Shown here: one piece after another, positions 1 to 8,255 of the stretch
Numbering within the stretch: position 1 is the first letter of the stretch
Layout: each line of letters begins with the position of its first letter
Assembly (NCBI GenBank): GCA_037925075.1
Contig: JAXSNR010000002.1
Location: forward strand, 96,001-160,000
Length of the DNA stretch: 64,000 nucleotides
Direction: 5' to 3'
Origin: Aquificaceae bacterium
GTDB lineage: Bacteria; Aquificota; Aquificia; Aquificales; Aquificaceae
The notes under the pieces: model-generated
What the model saw: the letters and a program-made list of their open reading frames with translations, nothing else
Database searches by the model: none
Told to the model about the DNA's origin: nothing
Made by a program: the position numbers and the translations under genes

Positions 1-511
1 TCTTTAAGGCCTTCATCAGTCCAAAAACAGCACCTACAAGCCCAAAGGTAGGTGCACTTTCTGCGGAGTTTTTCCAGTATTCCACCGCTATCTCAAAATC
101 CTCCTCCTTTTTTGCTATCTCCGCCTCAAGGCTTTCCACAAGCACGTTTTCATCTACTCCAAGAACCATAAGGTCTATGGCTCTCCTGAGAAAGGGGTCC
201 TCTATTTCTTCCGCCCGAGTTTCAAGGGCAAGCATTCCCTCTTTTCTTACTATATTTGCCAATTCCACAAGCTGGGTTTTTGTCTCAAGAGCCTCGTTGC
301 CTCCCCCTTTGAAAGCTATCTTAAGTCCTTCTATTATCAAAGAAAACTTCGATATGGGCATGGTTATAAGGCTTGCAAATAGGGTGGTGGGAACCACTAT
401 AACAAAGGCAGCGGGCTGAATCAGAAAGAGTATACTGGCACCCTTGAGAATAGCACCTATTAAAAGAGCCACAAGCCCTCCCACAATACCTATAACCGTA
501 AGAAGGTCCAT
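1..511 (-). CDS. motA: Flagellar motor stator protein MotA (3' end runs off window)
   Basis: Hand translation from ATG at 511: MDLLTVIGIVGGLVALLIGAILKG...PAAFVIVV...VRKEGMLALE...DPFLRRAIDLMVLG...APTFGLVGAVFGL, typical MotA motifs; absent from ORF track because it is open-ended. Confidence 0.9.
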   Translation of the reverse strand, partial: MDLLTVIGIVGGLVALLIGAILKGASILFLIQPAAFVIVVPTTLFASLITMPISKFSLIIEGLKIAFKGGGNEALETKTQLVELANIVRKEGMLALETRAEEIEDPFLRRAIDLMVLGVDENVLVESLEAEIAKKEEDFEIAVEYWKNSAESAPTFGLVGAVFGLMKALK

Positions 512-553
512 GTTAATTATTATAATCGTTAGCTGTGTTTTAATATTTAAGCC

Positions 554-1738
554 ATGAGAGTTTTAAGTGGAATGAGGCCAACTGGCAAACTACACCTTGG
601 GCATTATTTTGGGGTAATAAGAAATTGGGTAAGATTGCAAGAAGAATATGACACCCTTTACATGGTTGCAGACTGGCATGCCCTTACTACTGGCTACAAG
701 AGGGTGGATGAAATACCCCAGAATATAGAGGATATGCTTATAGACTGGCTTGTCTTGGGTATTGACCCGCACAAAAGCATCATATTCCAGCAGTCAAAGG
801 TAAAGGAGCATGCGGAGCTTTTTCTCATATTTTCCATGATAACGCCAAAAAGCTGGCTTGAGTGGAACCCCACCTACAAGGATACCAAGTATAACCTCCT
901 AAGGATTGCAGACCTCAGCCTCATGTTTAAAGGGGGTTTAAGGGATCATATAAAAACCTTTATCGCTAAGCTACCTTACAGGGTTGAGGACTTTGAGGCT
1001 TTTGAAGAGCTTCTTCTTGATGCCTTGTCTGACACTCTCATAGGTGCAGTTTTTGAAGGTTATTTGGAAAAGGAAATACTTAGGGAGCTTAATGTCTCTA
1101 AAAGGGATTTTTACGACACGGATACCTATGGATTCCTTGGCTATCCAGTGCTTCAGGCGGTGGACATACTCATATACAAGGCTCAGGCGGTTCCGGTAGG
1201 AGAAGACCAGCTACCACACATAGAACTTTCAAGGGAAATAGCAAGAAGGTTTAACAATCTATACGGAGAAACCTTCCCAGAGCCTCAGGCAATGCTTACG
1301 GAAACTCCGAGGCTTCCGGGCACGGATGGAAGGAAGATGAGCAAATCCTACGGCAACGCCATATACTTTGAAGACAGCGAAGAAGAGGTAAAGAAAAAGG
1401 TCATGAGCTTTTATACAGACCCCCAAAAGCTCAGAAAGGGAGACCCCGGAAGACCAGACATATGCCCCGTGTTTTTCTACCACAAGATTTTTACACCATC
1501 GGAAAGAACTGAGGAGATAGAAAGAGACTGCAAAAGTGGTAGGCTTGGATGTGTGGATTGCAAAAAAATTATGTTCGAAGGGCTTGAAGGTTTTCTCAAA
1601 CCACTGAGAGAAAAAAGGGAAGAGGTTGTAAAAAACAAGGAACTCCTCATGGAGATATTAGAAGAGGGTTCTAAAAGGGCAAGACGCATAGCCCAAGAGA
1701 CCATGGAAGAAGTAAGAGAAAGAATAAGGGTGGGATGA
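554..1738 (+). CDS. trpS: Tryptophanyl-tRNA synthetase with ~80-aa insertion
   Basis: SGMRPTGKLHLGH (HIGH-like), YPVLQAVDIL, VPVGEDQ, KMSKS. Confidence 0.97.
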   Translation: MRVLSGMRPTGKLHLGHYFGVIRNWVRLQEEYDTLYMVADWHALTTGYKRVDEIPQNIEDMLIDWLVLGIDPHKSIIFQQSKVKEHAELFLIFSMITPKSWLEWNPTYKDTKYNLLRIADLSLMFKGGLRDHIKTFIAKLPYRVEDFEAFEELLLDALSDTLIGAVFEGYLEKEILRELNVSKRDFYDTDTYGFLGYPVLQAVDILIYKAQAVPVGEDQLPHIELSREIARRFNNLYGETFPEPQAMLTETPRLPGTDGRKMSKSYGNAIYFEDSEEEVKKKVMSFYTDPQKLRKGDPGRPDICPVFFYHKIFTPSERTEEIERDCKSGRLGCVDCKKIMFEGLEGFLKPLREKREEVVKNKELLMEILEEGSKRARRIAQETMEEVRERIRVG

Positions 1739-2787
1739 CTTATATCCTTCTGATCTTTGCCTTTTTTGTACTCTACTTACTTTTAGCTGAGCTTTATCCT
1801 GTAAGGTTTTTAAAGGCGGAAAAGGTTAACAAAACAGGTTTTTCAGACCTACCGCCCTTATACCTGTATTCCTTTGAGCTTCATATCCATACCCAGTTTT
1901 CATACGATTCTCTTGGAAAGCCAGAGGATTTGATCAGAGCTTCAAAAGAGGAAGACATAGACTTTGTTATAACCACAGATCATGAAAACGACCATATAAA
2001 AAACTTTGCAGGTGGAAACATAATAGCGGGCAAGGAGATAAAGATTACGGACGAAAAGGGAAGAATACTTGGAGACCTTCTTGAGGTACAAGATATAAGA
2101 GTGGTTGCCCATCCCTTTAAAGAAAAATACAGATGGCGTCTTCCCCTTCCAGAGGATTATCTTTTTGAGATTATAGACTTGAAGGACGCACTGCTTGAAA
2201 GAAAGTGGATGCTTTTTCTTCTGTTGCCTCATGTGATCCTGAGGGGGCTTATCTCCATAAACTTGGCTCTTGACTTTTTGAAAGGGCTCGTGGATATAAG
2301 AAGATACGCCCTTATGTACCTAAATATGGGTGTAAAAAATCCAGTGGTTGCAGGGCTTGACCATCACGTGAAGGTGTATGTAAGGGAGGTAGGTATAAGG
2401 TTCCTCTTTCCTAACTACCTGCATAGCTTTAGAATCTTGAGAAACTTTCTTATAACCACAAAAAGGGTAAAAGATTCAGAGAGCTTCCTAAGAGAGTTAA
2501 AACAGGGAAGCATACTCATATCTTTTAGCAAAAAGCCAACCGTATTTTGGAAAGAAGCTCATACGATTAAAATCTTACCACCTACGAACTGCCTTCTATG
2601 TCTTTTAAGGGAAAAGGGAGAGGAGTTTTACCGTGGATCCTACTTTGAGATAAATATACCCTCCGGAAGGAGCCTTCTTCTGGGATATACTTATAAGTTC
2701 AGACTTTGGAGGTTTTACTTCGGGCTTGCGCCCCTTTTCTTATTTACGCACAAGGAGGAAAAGGATGGAAGAGATGCCTCTTCCTGA
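1735..2787 (+). CDS. Membrane-anchored PHP-domain metallophosphoesterase
   Basis: N-terminal hydrophobic helix; PHP motifs HIHTQFSYDS, TTDH, AHP, GLDHH. Confidence 0.75.
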   Translation: MTYILLIFAFFVLYLLLAELYPVRFLKAEKVNKTGFSDLPPLYLYSFELHIHTQFSYDSLGKPEDLIRASKEEDIDFVITTDHENDHIKNFAGGNIIAGKEIKITDEKGRILGDLLEVQDIRVVAHPFKEKYRWRLPLPEDYLFEIIDLKDALLERKWMLFLLLPHVILRGLISINLALDFLKGLVDIRRYALMYLNMGVKNPVVAGLDHHVKVYVREVGIRFLFPNYLHSFRILRNFLITTKRVKDSESFLRELKQGSILISFSKKPTVFWKEAHTIKILPPTNCLLCLLREKGEEFYRGSYFEINIPSGRSLLLGYTYKFRLWRFYFGLAPLFLFTHKEEKDGRDASS

Positions 2788-2995
2788 GGAGATAAAGGAG
2801 AAGATCCTTCAAAGGGTATCCAACAAGGCTCTTGCCATAAAAGCCTTTGAGTACATAAGGCTTGTAAAAAGGGAAGATGGAACCCTTTGGGTAAAAGAAA
2901 ACTTTAAAGATACCAATAACCATGCCTTGTGGTTTATGGTGCTTGCCTGTGTAAATTACGCCCAAAGACTTATAAAAGGAGAGGACATAGACTGA
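2765..2995 (+). CDS. Small hypothetical protein
   Basis: MEEMPLPEEIKEKIL...; AAGGAGG upstream; TGATG coupling to queD. Confidence 0.65.
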   Translation: MEEMPLPEEIKEKILQRVSNKALAIKAFEYIRLVKREDGTLWVKENFKDTNNHALWFMVLACVNYAQRLIKGEDID

Positions 2996-3342
2996 TGCCT
3001 TGGAATGTGATAGTAAAGAAAAGGTTTAACTGGGCTCACTTTCTTACGGATTATCACGGTGCTCCAGAACCCATACACGGACACACATGGACTGTGGAAA
3101 TTCACATAAGGGCGGACAGGGTGGATTCGGGAGGTATGGGTTATGACTTCATAGAAGTTGAAGCTTTTCTGAGGGAGCTGTTGCCAGATTACAGGCTTAT
3201 AAACGAGATAGTGGATTTTTCACCCAGCGCGGAGAACATGGCAAGATGGATTTACAAAAGGGTAAAGGAGAGGTACCCCACAGTCTCCAAGGTTGTGGTT
3301 TGGGAAAAAGAGGACTGTGGGGCTGAGTACTGGGAGGATTAA
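2995..3342 (+). CDS. queD: 6-carboxytetrahydropterin synthase (QueD/PTPS family)
   Basis: FNWAHFL...HGHTW, PSAENMA, VWE; start moved to ATG 2995, which overlaps the previous stop. Confidence 0.85.
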   Translation: MPWNVIVKKRFNWAHFLTDYHGAPEPIHGHTWTVEIHIRADRVDSGGMGYDFIEVEAFLRELLPDYRLINEIVDFSPSAENMARWIYKRVKERYPTVSKVVVWEKEDCGAEYWED

Positions 3343-3794
3343 CAGTTAATACAATTTGCCTCTTTTGCCTGTCTTGCCCTCTTTGCCATCTCAAGATCGT
3401 AGGCTTTGCCCTGCCAGAGCATCTGATAGACCACTTCGTAGGTGCTTTCCGCAAGTTCTGCAAGCTCTTTAAAGAGCCTATTGAAGCCCTCGCTTCTGTG
3501 GGATTCTTCGTGGTCCTCTAAGGACCTCCAGAAGGTGATTATGAGAACTTCCCTTTCCTTAAGGGGATGCTCTATGGTTTGACCGGCGGTAGAGCCCTCA
3601 AGGGAGACACCACCCGTATTCAGTGCCACAAAGCCTCCGTAAAAGCCCGTGTCCGAATGATAGGTTTTCACATGCTCGCAGAGGTATGCCACCTTCTCCG
3701 CCAAATCGTCAATGGTAACACCCTCCTTGAGTACCACATAGTTTATGTTAACTATTGCGTCCTCTGGAACATCCACTATATAGTTTCCATACAT
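3339..3794 (-). CDS. Dimeric alpha-beta barrel protein resembling the N-terminal catalytic half of sulfur oxygenase reductase
   Basis: SD GGAGGT; motifs LC(39)EH, GFYG, TFWRSLEDHEESH, YEVVY; C-terminal CxxC. Confidence 0.6.
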   Translation of the reverse strand: MYGNYIVDVPEDAIVNINYVVLKEGVTIDDLAEKVAYLCEHVKTYHSDTGFYGGFVALNTGGVSLEGSTAGQTIEHPLKEREVLIITFWRSLEDHEESHRSEGFNRLFKELAELAESTYEVVYQMLWQGKAYDLEMAKRARQAKEANCINC

Positions 3795-3852
3795 GTTGGC
3801 ACCTCCTTTAAGGTTTTAGGATATTCTAATATAGTTAAAGATTTATTCTGAG

Positions 3853-3870
3853 TTATGTGTTAGGTCATAA
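3853..3870. promoter_or_regulatory. Inverted repeat TTATG-N8-CATAA, candidate operator upstream of the SOR-like gene
   Basis: TTATGTGTTAGGTCATAA in the intergenic region. Confidence 0.3.
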
Positions 3871-3880
3871 ATACTGACGC

Positions 3881-5041
3881 TTAGTGCCCTTCGTATGCCC
3901 TTTTGTAGAGTTTATAAAGGTCCTCAAGAGAGGGTTCTACGGGGTTTATGGAAAAAAGACCTCGCGAAAGCATATAAACATCCTCTGTGAGTCTTTCAAG
4001 CTTTTCCTTTTCCACCCCAAGGTCCTTTAAACTCAACCTAAGACCTACCCTTTGCAAGAAGTCCTCAAGAGCCTTAACAGCCATATGAGGCTTTGGTTCA
4101 TAGCCCATAAGTTCAGAAAAGAGAGAATACTTTTCAGGGTTTCCTCTGTGGTTGAAATCTGTAACCGCGACCGCAAGGGCGGAAAGTCCCTCCGCGTGTG
4201 CCACATGAGGGTAGTGGGCGGAAACTGGATGCTCCATGCCATGTATGAGGGCTACCCTCTTTTTGTCTATGGCTATACCTGCAAGCATACTCGCATAGCT
4301 CATATAGGTCCTTGCCTGTAAGTTTTGAGGTTCTTCAAGGGCTATGGGAAGCCATTTTTTTATAAGGACTATTGCCTTCATGGCAAGTTCTTCAGCCAAG
4401 GCGTTGGAAAGTCTGTTGGTAAGAGATTCAAGGGCATGTATGAGGGCGTCTATACCAGTTATGGCGGTAAGCCTTCTGTCCATAGAAAGGGTAAGCTCTG
4501 GGTCAATGAGGGCTACCTTTGGATAGTTGAGGGAGTGTGATATAACCATCTTCTCCTTTCTTATGGGGTTTGAGATCACCGAGTACCTGTTTACCTCGCT
4601 TCCCGTCCCTGCGGTGGTGGGTATGCATATCACAGGCCTGTTTAAAAAGGGTATAAGCCTTGGACCTTCTGGGTAGTTCACATAATCCCATGCATAGCCC
4701 TCGTTGGAGGAGACTATGGATACTGCCTTTGCGGAGTCAAGGCTACTGCCACCCCCAAGGCCTACTATGTAATCTATTTTTTCCTTAACCACCAATTCGC
4801 TTGCAATATTTACCATCTTGTCCGTAGGGTTTGGTTCTATACCATCAAAAACCAGCACCTCCTCCGCTCCATTTCTTTTTAGAGATTCGACCACCTTTTG
4901 AAGAGAGCCATTTTCCTTAGTGCTTTTTTTGCCAGTGACTACAAGAACTCTGTATCCAAAACGCCTACCCACCTCGCCAACCTTATGTACAGAGCCTGTG
5001 CCGAATATTATCTCAACAGGAAGATAGAATTCAAAGTTCAT
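3881..5041 (-). CDS. Iron-containing alcohol dehydrogenase
   Basis: GLGGGSSLDSAK, PTTAGTGSE, DALIHALE, LIHGMEH, HAEG. Confidence 0.93.
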   Translation of the reverse strand: MNFEFYLPVEIIFGTGSVHKVGEVGRRFGYRVLVVTGKKSTKENGSLQKVVESLKRNGAEEVLVFDGIEPNPTDKMVNIASELVVKEKIDYIVGLGGGSSLDSAKAVSIVSSNEGYAWDYVNYPEGPRLIPFLNRPVICIPTTAGTGSEVNRYSVISNPIRKEKMVISHSLNYPKVALIDPELTLSMDRRLTAITGIDALIHALESLTNRLSNALAEELAMKAIVLIKKWLPIALEEPQNLQARTYMSYASMLAGIAIDKKRVALIHGMEHPVSAHYPHVAHAEGLSALAVAVTDFNHRGNPEKYSLFSELMGYEPKPHMAVKALEDFLQRVGLRLSLKDLGVEKEKLERLTEDVYMLSRGLFSINPVEPSLEDLYKLYKRAYEGH

Positions 5042-5481
5042 GCTTCTGTTATGTCTTCCCTTTGAAGTTCTACCTCCTCGGGTATGGTTGCCTCAAAGGT
5101 GATGGCTGGGTATGTGGGTACTATGCCTTCTTCTTCCGCCTTTTCCGCACAGTGGGCATGGTATCTGGTCCATGGTATGGCCATGAGCCTTTCAAAGGGT
5201 ATTTCTTCGTTGCAGTATTCACATATGCCGTATGTGCCTGCTTGGATCTTACTAAGGGCATGGTCAATCTCCTTTATCAGGAAAAATTCCCTTGAGGAGA
5301 GGGTGTCAAGTAGCTCCTGCGTGTAGGTCATCTGCCCTATGTCCTCTAAGTCTCTTGGCTCCTTTACCTCCTCTTCAATTTGTGCCTGCGTGTCCTCCTT
5401 TTTTCTGTATCTTTCAAGGAGTTTGTCCTTCTCCTCTAAGAGCTTCTCCTTCAAAATTTCAAGCTGTTCTCTGCTCAACAT
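5038..5481 (-). CDS. dksA: DksA/TraR family zinc-finger protein
   Basis: Coiled coil with DLED tip; ALSKIQAGTYGICEYC...IPFERLMAIPWTRYHAHC. Confidence 0.85.
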   Translation of the reverse strand: MLSREQLEILKEKLLEEKDKLLERYRKKEDTQAQIEEEVKEPRDLEDIGQMTYTQELLDTLSSREFFLIKEIDHALSKIQAGTYGICEYCNEEIPFERLMAIPWTRYHAHCAEKAEEEGIVPTYPAITFEATIPEEVELQREDITEA

Positions 5482-5534
5482 GTTAGCCCTCCTACAAAAG
5501 GAATTCAGAATAATATATGCTAAAATTTTTCACC

Positions 5535-6869
5535 ATGTATTCCCTTCTTCACAGATACAAAAATATAACGGTAGCCATCATAGCTTTGGCTACGGGGGGC
5601 TTCTTTCTGTGGCTTTTCTTTACGGGAAGCACAAGAGATATAACAGCCCCCTCAAAAAGGTGCGTGGCGGAGGTTGGCTCTGGATGTATAACCTTGAAGG
5701 ATTACAGAAGAGAACTTCTAAGGTTTTCAAGCCTTCTTCAGAATTCTGAAATGGAGAAGCTTGTTAGAGAACAGGTCCTTTCAAACCTTATAGCTCAGGA
5801 GCTTCTCTTTCAGAAGGCAAAGAGTCTATCCCTTATGGCAAGCGACGAGGAAGTGGTGGAGGTTATAAAGTCGGATCCAACCTTTCAGGAAGGTGGGCTC
5901 TTTAGCTTTTCCAAGTACAGGGAGGTGCTTTCAAGGATAGGACTGACACCCGAAGAGTACGAAGAATACATAAGAAAGACCCTTAGCATTCAAAAGCTTA
6001 TCAATCTTTTGAGCAACGGCATTTACCTTACAGAAAAAGAGTTGGAGATAAACCTCCTTGCGGACAGCGTCCTTTTAAGCGGTAGCCTCTACCTTATAAC
6101 CTCCGCGGACATATCTCAAGCCTACAAGCCCTCGGAACAGGAGATACTGGAATACTACCAGAAAAACAAAGAGCTTTTCAAAAGACCAGAGGGAAAGATA
6201 GTTTGGATATGGAGAGAAAAGGACAAGGACAAGGCTCTTTCCCTGTACAACAACCTAAAAGCAGGCAAGGAAGCACAAGGTTATGAAGAGTACAGACTGC
6301 CAGAAGACATGCAAAAGATGGGAGAACCCTTAAATAAAGAAGCCCAAAGGCTCACGCCTCAGGAGAGACTAAACATCACAAAGCATGGTGAGGATTATGT
6401 GGTTTTGTACCTAAAGCAAGTTCTTCCTGCTGGCTATGAGGACCTTGAGAAGGTAAAAGAAAAGGTAAGGGAGATGCTTGTGGAGGAGAAGTCTCAGTCT
6501 TTGGTAAAAGAAAAGGCACAGGAGATAGCAAGGGAGCTAAAGGCTGGCAAAAGACCAGAAGCAAAAACCCTCAATTTCTCCGATACACCAGTATCACAGC
6601 TCAATGCGGTAGTAGACATAGATCAAAGGGACTTGGTGCAGGTAGCCCTGTCTCAGGATAAGGTTTTCGGTCCTTATCCTCTTAAGCAAGGCTTTGGCGT
6701 TTTGCTTGTGGAAAGGAGAAGCAAAAAGGAGCTAAAACCCGAAGAGAGGGAAGAAGCTGTTAAGGACATACTCAGCCTTAAATCCCAAGCCATGCTTAGC
6801 CAATACGTGGACTATCTGAGAAAGAACACAAAGGTACACATAAACAAAGAACTCCTTGGAGGTGGATAA
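5535..6869 (+). CDS. PpiD/SurA N-terminal-domain periplasmic chaperone
   Basis: N-terminal TM; LIAQELLFQKAKSL, PTFQEGGLFSFSKY; start at ATG 5535 lies 8 nt after TGcTAAAAT. Confidence 0.75.
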   Translation: MYSLLHRYKNITVAIIALATGGFFLWLFFTGSTRDITAPSKRCVAEVGSGCITLKDYRRELLRFSSLLQNSEMEKLVREQVLSNLIAQELLFQKAKSLSLMASDEEVVEVIKSDPTFQEGGLFSFSKYREVLSRIGLTPEEYEEYIRKTLSIQKLINLLSNGIYLTEKELEINLLADSVLLSGSLYLITSADISQAYKPSEQEILEYYQKNKELFKRPEGKIVWIWREKDKDKALSLYNNLKAGKEAQGYEEYRLPEDMQKMGEPLNKEAQRLTPQERLNITKHGEDYVVLYLKQVLPAGYEDLEKVKEKVREMLVEEKSQSLVKEKAQEIARELKAGKRPEAKTLNFSDTPVSQLNAVVDIDQRDLVQVALSQDKVFGPYPLKQGFGVLLVERRSKKELKPEEREEAVKDILSLKSQAMLSQYVDYLRKNTKVHINKELLGGG

Positions 6870-6870
6870 G

Positions 6871-7650
6871 ATGGAGAAAAAGTGGAGAACCGCCATAACC
6901 CAACATGTGGGGCATGAAACCTACATAAGAGGCTATAGGCTTTTGGACCTTGTGGGAAACCTTAGCTTTGCTCAAGCCATATACCTGATACTAAAGGGTG
7001 AGCTTCCCAATGAAAAGGAATCCAAGATGATGGAAGCCATGTTTGTATCTGTAATTGACCATGGTATTGCACCACCTTCTGTTATCGCCGCAAGGTCTGT
7101 GGCTTCTGGTGGTAATTCCCTAAATGTGGGCGTTGCGGCGGGTGTGCTTGCCTTTGGTTCTGCTCATGGCGGTGCCCTTGAGGACGCTATGAGATTCATA
7201 CAAGAGGGTGTCTCCAGTGGAAGAAGTGTAGAAGAGATAGTAAAAGGATACTTAGAAGCCAAAAAGCCCATACCCGGCTATGGGCACAGGTACTATAAGG
7301 ATTTTGACCCAAGGACAAAAAGACTGATGGATATAGCCAGAGAACTTGGCTTTTATGGCAAACACTGTGAGTTTGCGGAGGCTGTTCAAGAAGAGATTGG
7401 CAGGCAAAAGGGTAAAAAGCTGGTGCTAAACGTGGACGGAGGTATCGCTGCGGTTGCCTCAGAGATGGGCTTTGACTGGAGGCTTGGAAAGGGCTTTTTT
7501 ATAATAGGTAGAGTCCCGGGGCTTGTCGCCCATGTTTATGAGGAGCTTACCACAGAAAAGCCCTTCTCCAAAAGGCTTGACGAAGAGACAGAAACCGAGT
7601 ACACAGGAGTACCACCAAGGGAGCTACCTGCGGAGTTTAGGAAGCTGTGA
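6871..7650 (+). CDS. ccl: Citryl-CoA lyase (reductive TCA cycle)
   Basis: WRTAIT, IDHG, HGGA, IPGYGHR, LNVDG; short citrate-synthase-like fold; SD GGAGGT before ATG 6871. Confidence 0.92.
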   Translation: MEKKWRTAITQHVGHETYIRGYRLLDLVGNLSFAQAIYLILKGELPNEKESKMMEAMFVSVIDHGIAPPSVIAARSVASGGNSLNVGVAAGVLAFGSAHGGALEDAMRFIQEGVSSGRSVEEIVKGYLEAKKPIPGYGHRYYKDFDPRTKRLMDIARELGFYGKHCEFAEAVQEEIGRQKGKKLVLNVDGGIAAVASEMGFDWRLGKGFFIIGRVPGLVAHVYEELTTEKPFSKRLDEETETEYTGVPPRELPAEFRKL

Positions 7651-8010
7651 ACCTACAGGCAGGTATAATCAGGGTATACAGATTTTTTACCGGAATAGTC
7701 TTTAACATAGCCATAATCATCCTTTTATTCTCCCTTTTCGTGGGCTTGGTAAGAACCATTACTGAGCTTAGATTGACCTTTACAGAAGAAACAGTTTGAG
7801 CTTGTAAGAGCCTTCGTGGACTATTTTGAGCACGAAAGAGTAAGAATTGAAATACTCATAGAGATAGCTATAGCTTTTCTGATAAGGAAATTTATGATCT
7901 ATGTTTTTGCTGGTCATGCCAAGGGAATGGATATACTCCTATGGGCTTTTGGTATAGCCTTTTTGGTAGGTGCAAGGACTCTCACGGTTGTTTTCAAGCC
8001 CACAAAATGA
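7647..8010 (+). pseudogene. Frameshifted PsiE-like membrane protein
   Basis: GTG 7647 gives MNLQAGII...FTEETV with stop at 7797-7799; the +1 frame continues FELVRAFVDYFEHERVRIEILIEIAIAFLIRKF. Confidence 0.75.
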
Positions 8011-8012
8011 GT

Positions 8013-8255
8013 TCAAACTTCATAGATAAGGTCAAGGAGTTCCTTTGCCCTCTGGGGGTCTATATCCTTTAACTTCTTATAGACCTCCCTCGCCTGTGAA
8101 ACCTTGCCAGCCCTTTTGTAGGCAACTCCCAGCTTGAAGAGGAGCTCCGGGTCTTCTGGTTTTTGCTCCAACTCCCTTTTTAGGTCTTCTATAAACTTCT
8201 CCAATAGACCTTCTCCCATCTTGCTAAATAGGCCTTTGTACCCCTTTTCCATCAT
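8013..8255 (-). CDS. Small TPR protein
   Basis: PEDPELLFKLGVAYKRAGKVSQAREVYKKL. Confidence 0.8.
   Translation of the reverse strand: MMEKGYKGLFSKMGEGLLEKFIEDLKRELEQKPEDPELLFKLGVAYKRAGKVSQAREVYKKLKDIDPQRAKELLDLIYEV

Noticed and set aside
884..1120. Intein or intron as the explanation for the TrpRS (and LysRS) inserts
   Set aside because: No splice-junction residues, no homing endonuclease motifs, and the frame is uninterrupted.
7797..7799. Selenocysteine or readthrough at the TGA of the PsiE-like gene
   Set aside because: The downstream half is in a different frame and a helix is missing, so a deletion explains it.
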